Below are positions 13,140 to 25,324 of a stretch of DNA of 64,000 nt, piece after piece. Position 1 is the stretch's first letter. Each line of letters begins with the position of its first letter. Below the pieces are notes generated by a model, which saw only the letters and a list, made by a program, of their open reading frames with translations, searched no databases and was not told the origin of the DNA. The DNA comes from Felis catus. Taxonomy: Eukaryota. Made by a program: the position numbers and the translations under genes. Location of the stretch: positions 146,322,001-146,386,000 of the forward strand of contig NC_058368.1 in the NCBI RefSeq assembly GCF_018350175.1, in the 5' to 3' direction.

Positions 13140-15378
13140 TGTAAAGTATTTAAAAATACCTTAAAAAACAAACATGTAGCAACGAAAATACAAAATAATG
13201 CTATCGACTGTTGCTCCAAAGCAAATGAAATACTCCGATATAAACTTAATAAAACATGTACAGAATCTGCATCAGAAATCAAAGAAGAGCTAAATCAATG
13301 GAAAAATCTATTGTGTTCATGGATTGGAAGACTGAACATAGTCAAGATTTCATTTCTCCTCAGATTGATTCATGGATTTAATTCAATTTCTGTCAAATAA
13401 CAGTGAGATTTTCTGTAGACATATTCAGAATTGTTCTATTTTTTATTCAGGTGAAAAGGCACCGACCCTAGCATAGCTAAAACAGTCTTGGTGAGGAAGA
13501 ATAAAGTGGGAAGGATCACTACTCTATATGAAGGTTGCTGTTTATTAGCTATACTAGTCAAGACAATATGGTATCGGCGAGGCGTAGACACAGATCACTG
13601 GAACAGAATTGAAAACCACTGAAGTGCACCCATACAAATATGCATAATTGACGTTTTCAAGAAGTCATTTTAATTCATTAAAGTATTATTGTCAAAGTAG
13701 ATATGAAGTCTTAAAGCAGTAATTACCAGGCAGTGGTCAACAGTGTGTCAAAGAACCAGGAAATACCTGAGACAAGCATCATAATTATCATGGTCCTGTT
13801 TCACTTTGCATCATTGTTTAAGATTTATGCCAATCTAAAATTACATGACAGACTTTTTAGTTGCAAGTGGCTCTCCTTGGAGAAGAAGATGAAGGGTAGT
13901 GAAGTGGAAAAAGACTGTAGCCACCTGGGACTGCTCCTACATCTTCCCCCTGCTCCCCAACTGATTTTGGTAAAAGTGCAAAAGCAATTCAATGAAGGAT
14001 AGCTTTTTCAACAAATGGTAGTGGAGCATCGACAGCAAGAAAATAAAGCTTGACCTAAAGCTTATGCTTTATATAAAAATTAACTGAAATGGATTCCAGA
14101 TTTAAATGTAAAACATAAGACTATATAACGTTTAGGAGGGCAAACATAAGGAAAAATCTTTGGGATATTTTTCGGATCCAGGTATAGGTGAAATGTTTTT
14201 AGACTTGACATTGAAATCATGGCTCATAAAAGGAAAAATTGATAAAATGCAACCAAAAAACTTAAAAACTTTTGCTGCACAAAAGATCTGTGAGAGGATG
14301 AAAAGACATTTTGCAGACTGGGGAAAATCTTTGCAAACCACATGTCCAATAGAAGATTAGTGTCTAATGTATTTTGAGACTTAAAATATCACAGTAAAAA
14401 TACAATAAAAACACAACAATAAAAAGCCAAATGATACAATTAGAAAACTGGGCAAAAGTCATGAACAGACATTTCACTGGAGAGAATAGTTACTTGGCAG
14501 ATAAGCGCATGAAATGATGCTCATTGTTAGCCATTAGGGAAATGTAAATTAAAACCACAATGAGATATCACTACCACCTATGAGAATGACTCAAATAAAA
14601 AGTAATGACAGTGCTGGGAGGACATGGATAAACTGTATCATAAATGCATTGCTGGTGGAAATGGGAAATGTCACAGTCACTCTGGAAAATAATTTGGCTG
14701 GTTCTTATAAAACTGAGCACACACTCATCATATTACCTAACAATCAAACTCTTGGACATTTATCCTGGAGAGGTGAAAACTTATGTTCACATAAAAACTA
14801 TTCAATAGTGTTCATAGCAGCAGATTTATTCTTAGAAGCCAAAAACTGGAAATAACTGATACATTCTGTAGCTGGTAAATGGTTGAACAAAGTGGTACAC
14901 ATAAAATGGAATATTATCAACACTAAAAGCAATGACTTCGTCTTACATACAACTTGGTTGAATGTCAAGGTAATTACACTGACCAAAGAAAGCCAGTCCC
15001 AAAATAATTCCATTTATATCACAAAATTTTTGAAATTACAGAGTTGGACAACAGGTTAATGGTTGCCAGGGGTTAGGGATAGGGTGATAGAACTTACAAC
15101 ATAATGTGTTCTTGACTCTAGTGATGGATACAGGAAGCTACACATGAAATATAGTTATATAGAACTTCATACACATACACATAAATGAATATATATAAAA
15201 ATGAGGAAATCTGGATGAAATGGGTAGATTGTATCAATGTCAATTTCCTGGTTGGGACTTTGTACTATAGTTCTGCAAGAATTTACCATTTGGAAAACTG
15301 GGTGAAATCTACACAGGATCTCTTAGTACTACTTCTACAACTGCGTGGGTATACAGTTATTTCAACATTAAAAGTTTA
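13140..15378 (+). mobile_element. Old L1M (L1MC-like) ORF2 3' part and 3'UTR, with an internal ~300 bp insert
   Basis: Degenerate ORF2 motifs (tgttcatggattggaagactgaacatagtcaagat; aaaaccacaatgagatatcactac; peptide FLDLTLKSWLIKGKIDK) and an L1MC-like 3' end. Confidence 0.85.
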
Positions 15379-16781
15379 ATAAGAAAAGAACATGAATCTT
15401 TCCAGAATAGCCTTTCAAACTTAAAACAGCTTTTTAAAGTAAATATATCTGAGGTCCTAAAACAATTGTGTGTATATATACAGTTATTTTTAGGTATTAA
15501 GTTTAAATCAGGAAGAGGAGACTCGTAGTCCTTTAATTTTATTTTTATATCCCTGATTAAAACCAAGTTGAATAATTTAAAAAATCAGGAATCACTATTA
15601 AACTACTATTGACAGCAATTGAATTAAATTTTTTAAATCTTTTATAGTTTGGTAACAGCTAATTCAGTGCTTTAGTTACTGAGAAATATAACATTTCATT
15701 TTTGGATTTCTATAAAATAATAGTTATGAGTTAGTATGTTTCGTATTATATAGGTCTAGAAAATAATAACTTTAAGACGTGCTTTTGGATTTGTAAGTAG
15801 TTCTACAAACATCTGGGTAACTGTAACTCCAGTGTGAAGTACTGCTTGGAATCAGTCCTAGGACTGTAGTGACAAAGTGCTTTAGGAAAGAAAGCAATGC
15901 ATATAGAAAATATTTTAATTATGTGTGGTTTTGAATAACCTCTGCTGAACTGAATCTATATTATAAAACATAACTCTTTATTTGACATCAAACCACATAT
16001 TCAGGTATTATTATTATTTATTGATATATAATTTGTCTTTCCACTCCATTCCAGACTCTTCCCTAGTGGTGCAATTTCAGCACAAATATGTTTATCAAAA
16101 AATAATAGTGCATACAGCCCTGGTAACCAAAATAGAAAAACGTATTACCGGTTTCGAATGAACTATTTTTTACTGTTAACACAGCCACAACTAAACTGAG
16201 ATAGCTTCCTTCATATTTGTATTAACTAAACCTTTTATAGCTTTCATGGAAAGAATTCTATTCTTCAGGTTTTCGAGCCTGATGAAAAAAAAAAAATATA
16301 TATATATATATATACACATACATATAAACTTTTCATGGATGGGATCACCTATAAACTTTCTTGCACCTATAAACTTTCTTGGATTCAGTTCAGTGGCAGT
16401 TCTTGTTCTTGATATGTCACTTTTCTGACAGTATGTAAGCCTAGAATACTAGGAGGAAAGCCACCTGCATAGGAAATATTCTGGTTCCTCATCTTATTTC
16501 CTACAGTTGTGACAGTCATTGGTGTATATTATTCTTATAAAAGGCTGTCCTGTGAAGAAAATACTGTCATTTTTATGATATGTGTTTTCCATAGAGCTAA
16601 GAATAAAATTTTTAAATATTACATTTTTAAGTAGAATACACATTAATGACTCTATTTTAATTTTTAAGGATAGTTGCTAATTTTCCCATAATATATTTAC
16701 CCACATCTAAAATTTATATAAGTATAAATCCTTATACATCTCTCCTTGGTATTTTAACATACATGGTTTTCATGTATATGT

Positions 16782-17455
16782 AATTATTAATTTTCTATAG
16801 CTGCTGTAACAAATTACCACAAGCTGAATGGTTTAAAACAGAAGTTTATCCTTGGGGTGCCTGGGTGGGTCCGTTGTTTAAGCGTCTGACTTCCGCTCAG
16901 GTCATAATCTCACCGTTCGTGAGTTCGAGCCCTGCATCGGGCTCTGTGCTGACAGCTCAGAGTCTGGAGCCAGCTTCAGATTCTGTGTCTCCCTCTCTCT
17001 CTGCCCCTCCCCCACTCACACTCTCTCTGCCTGTCTGTATCTCTCTCACAAGTAAATAAACATTAAAATTTTTTTTTAAAAACCCAGAAATTTTTCTCAT
17101 AGTTTTTGGAGGCCAGATACCCCAAATCAAGGTTTCTTTGTAGAGAGAGCCACACTTCCTTCAGAGACTATGGGGGAAGAATCTGTTCCTTGCCTTGTCC
17201 AGGTGTCTCCACTCTCCCTTCCTGCTGTCCTGCCAGCTTAAAAAAATTGTGTTGAAATACTCATAAAATTTACCATCATGTTTTGAAGCGTGCAATTTGC
17301 TGATGTTCACATACATTCACATTGATGTATTTGCCTTTCTAGCTTTTATAGCTGCTGTTTCTTGGCTTGTGTCTACATCACTTATTTCTGCCTTAATCTT
17401 TACATCACTCTCTGTACATACAGAGAGTGTACATACAGTGTGTCTATATTTGTTC

Positions 17456-17487
<32 letters not shown>

Positions 17488-17640
17488 CAGACAGATAGAG
17501 AGAGGGAACTCTGACTCTCTGGAATAAGCTCTTTCTCTCAAGATCCTTAGCTTAATCACATCTTTTCTCATATAAGCTAATGTTTACAGGGTCTGGGGAT
17601 TAGAAAGTGAATGTATTTCAGCCTGTCACTGTATTCTTTC
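16782..17640 (-). mobile_element. MLT1 (MaLR) LTR, interrupted by a SINE, an L1 scrap and a microsatellite
   Basis: gctgctgtaacaaattaccacaagc...ggaggccaga...aatcaagg...gatccttagcttaatcacatc. Confidence 0.8.
16854..17080 (+). mobile_element. Carnivore SINE inside MLT1
   Basis: ggggtgcctgggtgg...gagttcgagccc...aaataaacatt. Confidence 0.93.
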
Positions 17641-17974
17641 AGCCTGTCAGCCATTAAATATTTAATTATAACCAATATATGGAGTTATTTTTAGGCTTCT
17701 TTACATATGAACTTTACAAATCCACTGGACAAATCAGAAAGTAACTACAAGGTGCCTCTTTGGTCCCCTATAGGTATGGATCAAGCTTTTTCACGTAGCC
17801 TTTAAGGCACCCATTAACTGGCCTGTGTCTTTATCTGCTTTCATGTCTTATCATTCCCAGGCTTATGGATATTTATGTATGCAGGCTCACACATGTGGTT
17901 TTTAGTTTCTCCCCAGAATTTTTTCTATACCGTATTCTTGCTATGTTATTATTACCTTGAATGGATAAATAAGC

Positions 17975-18110
17975 GATGGTACCTGTGACAATGAAGTATG
18001 TCGGTAATGGGGGAAGCTGTGTATGTGTAGCATATATGGAAAATTCTGTACTTTTTCTCAATTCTGCTAAAATTGTTCTAAAATATTAAGTCTTAAAATT
18101 TAAATTACTA
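17975..18110 (+). mobile_element. Short L1M 3'-terminal fragment
   Basis: aatgggggaagctgtgtatgtgt...atatggaaaattctgtactttttctcaatt...aaattgttctaaaa resembles an L1MD/L1MC 3' terminus. Confidence 0.6.
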
Positions 18111-20320
18111 AAAACCAAGCTTGTCATAACCTTATCTGCTAGAATTTAGTCAAGATAGGATTCTTGATCAGACCTTATTGGTGGAGTGTTCAGACTCTTT
18201 GATGAGAACTTTGATGTATTTCTAATGTGAGGAAGGATTAAAATACTAGAAGAAAATACTCCTTTTGTCCCCTTTAGGAAGCTTTCCCTCAGTCCCTATA
18301 CTCAATCAAACAAGTAGTGTACAAACTAATTGCTCCGTATATACTAATCCAGTATTTCACCAGGTTAAAAGAGGTTTGCAGGCATTGATTTTATGTGATC
18401 CTACATGATATGAAATTGGAAGCTGATTAGTTATATGTAAAGTACAAAATATATATTAATTGAATCTTGAATTCTGGCCTTGATGGATTTTATTCCAGCA
18501 TTTGTCTTAGACTAGCCTGTAGTAGAGTGATACAAAGTTTAAGTGAGAAAACAACTTAGAGATCATGGTTTAGACATTTTTCCAATACATAAAAGTACAC
18601 GTAAAAATACTGTTAAAATTGTAAGAACAGATATGACTAGAATATGATTAATTGAAATATAACAAATGGAATACAGTGAGAATATTTATACAATTTGAAT
18701 GTCAGTGTTAATTTTGGTACCAACATAAAACTGACGAAAAATCCCGTTTAAAAGAATGAGTTCTTTCAAAAATAATTTTAAAACCAGGTACATCTAGGAA
18801 ATTTTGTTTACATGTTTTGTATTTTAGCTCTTCTTTTTTCTCTAGTTTTACATAGGCAATATGATCTATAATCTATATTTTTACGTGATAATATTACTCT
18901 CACTAGTTAAATGTTTTCTGGAAATTGGTAGCTTAAAAGCAGAGGAAATAAAACAAATTGTAACTGGTAAGTCAGTTTTGAATGAAATATGTTCAATGCA
19001 GAAGAACTATTAATTATTTTACTTTTAGAAGGACAAGCTGAAAGAACATAACATTTCATTTTAAAGTGAGGTCTTCATGCATCATTTATTTACAGATATA
19101 TTCTTCAGGGAATGTAACCAATCTTCTTTGTCTTTTGAATGACAAATATAGTTGAAAATTTAAGACATTCATCAAAGCAATCTCCCCTGCCAATACTAGT
19201 CTGTACCCATGGGATTTTCTCAAGTGCTTTGTCTGGGCTAGTTCTTAACCTAAGTGATGGGGCTTTTATTGCATTCCTACAGAGCTTATTTCATCATTTA
19301 ATAGACTTCACTTTAAGAAAATGTTTCACTTTGTTCACATTTATACCGTTATTATGGTCCTGACCTTTTTACCACCTTTTTACCACCTTTTTTTCCCCCT
19401 TTACTCATCCTCTTCTTTCCTCTCACTGCTATATTAATATTTGTTTCAGGGTGATTCATTTATTGTATAGAAAGCAGTCTTTCATGGAATGATGCACACA
19501 GTGTATGTGAGTCTTAGGGAGTGAATTTAGGTTTCTAGAAGACCTAAATGCTAGTAATAGTAATTTATACTTAATATTGCTTTTAAATTATAGTGTTTTT
19601 CATAAGCCATTTCAACTATTTTTTTCAATAAAGAGTTTTTATTTTGAAAGATTTGAACCATTTATATTTAGGAATATTCATACGTCTCTTATTTTGAGGC
19701 ATGGAATGTAAACATGGAAGAGAAGGGAACTCTAGCAGAATTGCTGAAAGGTTCCTATCAGGCATACATAATGCTATTTAATTTTGAGTATATATTGTGA
19801 AATCATATTACTGTTATATAATTAGGTAATTATATTAGGAATTTGTGCCAATATTATCTGAAATAAATTAATAAATATAAAGAAGATTGTATTTTCGCTT
19901 GTAACAAATTAGATTTCATGTAGTTGAGTAAATAATAGTTATATAACAGACTTCTCACTTCCACTTACCATATACGTCTTTATAGATGTATTTTGTGTAA
20001 TAGCTCATTTCTGGCTGAGTTTTATGCTGTTATCTTTGTTTCCTTTTTGTCTCGTCTTTCTGATAATATGGGGTAAAAGTAGAGTTTCTTTAAAAACTAG
20101 TAGCACATTCTATTATGTTAGTATTTTTCATGTGTTTTTAGTGTCATTGGAAAAAACTTAATGAAAACATTAAAACTAAATGATAAAATTAAAAGAGTAA
20201 AGATCTATGACTCTCAGTATGTTCTTGTCATTCAAGAATTTTACATTGTTGTGCTGCCCAAGTTTGTGATGTAACTTAATTTTTTTTTACTTTTTAATTT
20301 TTAAGCACAAAATTTAATTC

Positions 20321-20530
20321 TTTTTTTTTAAGTTTATTTATTTTGAGAGAGAGTGAGTGTGCGTGAGTAAGTGAGGGAGCGTGAGTTGGGAAGGGACAGA
20401 GAGGGAGAGAGAAAATCCCAAGCAGGCTCCACGCAGACGTTGTGCAGGACTCGATCTCATAAACCATGAAATCAGGACTTGAAGTGAAATCGAGTCAGTC
20501 GCTTAATTGACTGAATCACCCAGGTGCCCC
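20321..20530 (-). mobile_element. Carnivore SINE
   Basis: aagtttatttattttgagaga...cacccaggtgcccc. Confidence 0.9.
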
Positions 20531-20813
20531 CAAAATTAAATTCTGTATGTCACAAAGGATATTCTGTAGTAGTTAAGTCACTTCCTAAGTGAGATAACAA
20601 AATTGATAAATTGATATCTCAAAATAGATTTTTTTTACAACCCACTGTATTATATACAAAAAACTATTATGAATCAAACTATTTCTTTGTGAAGCTGGTT
20701 ATCCACAAGAAAAAAATGTGCTACTGATAAACTAGCATTAAGAAACAACATATAAAATATAAAAAGCTTAAAAATTAAGCAAATTGAATACTATGAGGTG
20801 AACATGCAACTTT

Positions 20814-20838
20814 TATATATATACATATATATACACAC

Positions 20839-20907
<69 letters not shown>

Positions 20908-21076
20908 TACACACACACACAAGCACAAGCAGGGGAGAGGCTGAGAGGGAGAACCCCGTGCAGGCTTCGCACTGTCAGCAGAGTGTGTCCCGAGCTCCAT
21001 CTCACAAACCGTGAGGTGATGACCTGAGCTGAAATCAAGAGTCAGACACTCAACTAACTGAGCCACTCAGGCGTCC
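20814..21076 (-). mobile_element. Carnivore SINE whose 3' part is a compound (AT)n(AC)n microsatellite
   Basis: gacctgagctgaaatcaagagtcagacactcaactaactgagccactcaggcgtcc, preceded by about 105 bp of (AT)n/(AC)n. Confidence 0.88.
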
Positions 21077-21539
21077 TAGGCATACCATTTATTAACTAGG
21101 ATATGGTAGTTATATTTTAAAAGGTTATAGTATTTCTTAAGCTTTAAAATGTTCTCAGTGATATACTTTAAAAATAATCAAAACTAATCATAAGAAATAC
21201 TAATATGCACAAATCAAATTAAGTTTCTTAGTGAGATGGTATTTTTAGAAAGGGAAGAGGTCCAAGAGATCAATGAATCTTACTAAAAAAATATTTCTTA
21301 TTAGTTGAGAAAAAAATCTTGAAACTAGGTAGTATCAGATCTATGACTTAAACAACTCAAAACTGAAATCATCAATATTTATTTGATACGGTTAATTATT
21401 GCAAAAAAAAGTTTTCTAAGGTATCTGCAGCCTTCAATATTAAATATGTCACTAATCTTATGGCAAAACTTGTGGTCACTTAGTTGGAGATATGCATATA
21501 CATATATATTTCTTTCATCTCTCTTTCTGTCTCCCACTT

Positions 21540-21950
21540 CTGTAAATTTATAGTCAGTGAGATGCACTGATATTTAATGTACAGTTTGATGCATTTTGAA
21601 GATGTATCTTCCCTTGTAACTACCACCTCAGTCAAGATATAGAACCTTTGTATCACTTCAGAATGTTACCTTGTGTCCTTACCCAGCCAGTCTCCATCCC
21701 CCATAGACAACCACTTTTCTAATTTTCCTCATGATAGACTAATTTTGCCAGTTCTTGCACTTTATGTAAATACAGTCATACAGTATGTAATTTTATATGA
21801 GCAGCTTCTTTTGCTCAGCATCAACATCTGTGAGATTCATTCATGTTGGTGCCTGTATCAGTATTTCATCCCTTCTCATTGTTGAACAGTATTATTTTAG
21901 ACTGATCAACCACAAGTTGATTATCCATTAATCACTTGATGGACTTTTAC
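21540..21950 (-). mobile_element. Old L1M 3'UTR fragment, antisense
   Basis: tgtacagtttgatgcattttga...taactaccacctcagtcaagatatagaac...ttttgctcagcatcaacatctgtgagattcatt is typical of L1MB/L1ME 3' ends. Confidence 0.7.
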
Positions 21951-21984
21951 ACAGTTACATTTGCAACTAGAGTTTTTATTATAC

Positions 21985-23560
21985 TTTTTTTTTTTTGCAC
22001 AATGTTTTTAGACCAATTATAGGTTCACAGCGAAATTAAGAAGAAGGTACAGAAATTTCTCATATATTCCCAGACAGCCTCCCCCATTATCAACATTACT
22101 CCGATCAGAATGGTGAATTGTTATACTTGATCCATCATTATCACCCAAACTCCATAGTTTATGTTAGTGTTCAGGCTTGGTGATGTATGTTCTTTGGGTA
22201 TGGACAAATGTCTAATGACATGTATCCATCATTGTGGTTTAATACAGAGTATTTTCACTACCCTAAAAATTCTCTGTGCTCGGCCTACTTATCCTTCTCT
22301 CTGGCTTCAAACCCTGGGAACCATTGTCCTTTTTACCATCTGCATAGTTTTGCCTTTTCCAGAGTGCCATATAGTTGGAACCATACAGGATATAGCATTT
22401 TAGATTTGCTTTTTTCATTTACTAATATGCATTTAAGGTTTCTCTATGTCTTGCATGGTTTGATAGCTCATATCTTTCTAGTGCTAAGTAATATTTTGTT
22501 TTCTGGATTTAACAAGTTGTCCATTCACCTGCTGAAAGACATCTTTGTTGCTTCCAAGTTTGGGAAGTTATAAATAAAGCTGTAGGTTTGTGTGTAGATA
22601 CAAGTTTTCAACTCCCACGGATAAATGTCAACTCCTTTGCACTACCAAGGAGTTCAGTTGCTGGATATTATGATCGTAAGAGTATGTTTAGTTTGATAAG
22701 AAGTCCCCAAGCCATTTCCAAAGTGGCTATACCCTTTTGCAATCCCACCAGCAACAAAAGTGACTTCCTTGTGCTCTACACCCTTGTCAGCATACAGTGT
22801 CGTCAGTAATTGTAGAATTCGGGCTTTCTGGTAGGTGTGTTGTGGTATCTTGTTATTTTATTTTGCATTTCCCTGATGACATATGATGTGGAGCATCGTA
22901 TCATATGTTCTATTACCATCTTTGTATCTTCTTTGGTGAGGTTGTTAAGGGTTGTGCCTCATTTTTAAATCATGTTGTTTGTTTTCTTAGGTTGAGTTCT
23001 GAGAGTTCTTTGTATATTTTGGATAACAGTCCTTTATCAGGTAGGTCTTTTGCAGATATCTTGTCCCAGTCTGTGGCTTCTTTTCTCATTCTCTCAGCAT
23101 TGTCTTTTGCAGAGAAGGTTTTTAATATTATCTGGGTAAATTTAAAGATCTCATTAGTTTTATTTAAGGATTCATGAATCAGGCAGTATACATTTAGCAA
23201 ATAGAAGAGAGCTCCTGAAGTTTTTCATTTTAGTGAACTCCAGCTTATCAGTTATTTCTTGGTAAATCGTGCCTTTGGTGTTGTGTTTAAAAAGTCACTG
23301 CCATACCCAAGATCATGTAGGTTTTCTCTTATGTTATCTTTTAGGAGTTTTTAGTTTTGTGTTTTCCATTTTAGTCTACGATCCATTTTGAGTTAATTTT
23401 TTTTGAAGGCCATAAGGTTTGTGTCTGCATTCCTTTTTGTTGTTGTTGTTTTTGTTTTGTTTGTTTTGGCTGTGGATGTCCAATTATTTCAACACCATTT
23501 GTTAAATCAACTATCTTTGCTCTATTGTATTGCCTTTGCTCCTTTGTCAAATATGAGTGT
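21985..23560 (-). mobile_element. Old L1M (L1MC/L1MD-like) 3' end and ORF2, antisense
   Basis: Poly(T) head, then ggttcacagcgaaattaagaagaaggtacaga. Minus-strand peptide RKEATDWDKISAKDLPDKGLLSKIYKEL is ORF2p-like. Confidence 0.85.
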
Positions 23561-25133
23561 TGTTAGTTTTTGAAAATCAAAGACTGTTTATTTAGACGAT
23601 GTTCATTTCTCAAAATTTTCCGTTCAACCATCCCTTTTAGCTAAGGGGAATGAACTCGATGCATGGCCTGTTAGCTAGCATAAACGCAGCATTTCTTTGA
23701 AGTGTCTTTTATTGCTTTAAATATTTTATATGAGGCTTTCTTTTAACGTGGCTGAAACCCAGTATAAATTCACAAACCCAAGAAGAATACTAGAGGCATC
23801 TAAGAAGTATCTATACAATTTTTGAAGGTAGAAGACAAATGAAATGATTTGTAACTCAGTAAGTGGAATGGAGAAAGAGTCTAATTCCTTTAGATTGTTA
23901 CAAAACCAGACTAATTCTTAAGCAGAAAGCCTCAGAAATTGGAGGTACCAGTTTCTTCCAAAGGTGACAGTACAGAACAGTGTTGAAACTTTGATTTGTT
24001 TAAGGCATTATAATGAGGGACTTCGACCCCCCAGGTATAGCCATGAGCCTCATTTTCTTTTTGTTCCCAGAAAAAAAATCTAGGTTTACAGAAACCAAAC
24101 ACAGCTGAAGAAAAAGTGAAGGACTGTACTAAAAACATGAGGATTAAATGAAAGTCTATATAATTAACAATGGGAGCAGGCTACCTTTCCTTGTTTGATT
24201 GCAAGAATAGTAGCAGCCAGCCTTATAATTCCTAAGTACAAGAATGAGCTGATCAAGAAAAAAGACTCTCAGATATAGGCAGGTATAGAATCTAAGAATA
24301 TGATATCTCTGCACTTCCATATTATACTGCATGACTCCCCACACAGTTTACAATCAGTTTTTTTAGTTCTTGTCTCTTAAATCTGCTCATATATATACAT
24401 GTGAATGGAAGCAGAGGAAGTGAATTGGAGGAAGGAATGGTGAAAGAGTTAAATCCACATCTTGCATGGTGAGTAGATTGAAGAAAGACTAAAGGAAATC
24501 AGTAGTGAATGGCTGAAATTGACAAGTTGTGAAACGTAGCCACAAGTGGTGAAAGGGTCTGCTTATGTGAGATGGAATCTGGGTGGCAGGAGTGGGATGG
24601 AGCTTTTTTTCATGATGAATCTTGTAGAACGCTTTGATTTTTAAACTACCAATATGCATTATTTTGGTTAAAGATGGAACTAAAATATGCCTGTGACTTT
24701 GGTATTCTCTTCCCTTTTATACTTGTGGTTGTTTTTATTAAGAAAAGTTTCCAACTCTCAAAATGCTTTAGTTAAATATTCGCTTGATGTGCTGGGTTGA
24801 TTATGTGGATTTCTTTGCCTACTTCTTGGCTCATGGCCACATGCTTCTAACAGGATATAAAACCCACTTTGAAAAATAATGGATTTAAGTTTTTTTTTTT
24901 TTAAATTGCATCAAACAATGCTGTGAACATTTAAGAACATAAATAGGAAAGTATGATTATAGGCCTATTTGATAAAGAAGAAGGTATGATTATAGGCACT
25001 GCTTGCTGAATGAAAAGTTATCAAAACAAAACCAGTGCCTCAAAACTTTGGATACACTCTGATTGAAAACACCTGTCCTTATTTTGAAATTTGTTGTCCA
25101 TCCAATTAGCTGTTTATCAGGAATCTACATTTT

Positions 25134-25324
25134 GGGGATTCTGAGTGGCTCAGTTGGTTAAATGTCTGACTCTTGATTTCGAGTCAGGTCATGATCCCAG
25201 GGTCGTGGGATCAAGCCCTTTGTCATGCTCTCTCTCTTTCCCTCTGCCCCTTTCTCCCCTGCTTGTGCTTTCCCTCCTTGCTCTCTCTCTCTCTGTCTCT
25301 CTCTCTCTCTCAAAATAAAAAAAA
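25134..25324 (+). mobile_element. Carnivore SINE
   Basis: ggggattctgagtggctcagttggttaa head; flanks aatctacattt / aatctgcattt. Confidence 0.9.
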
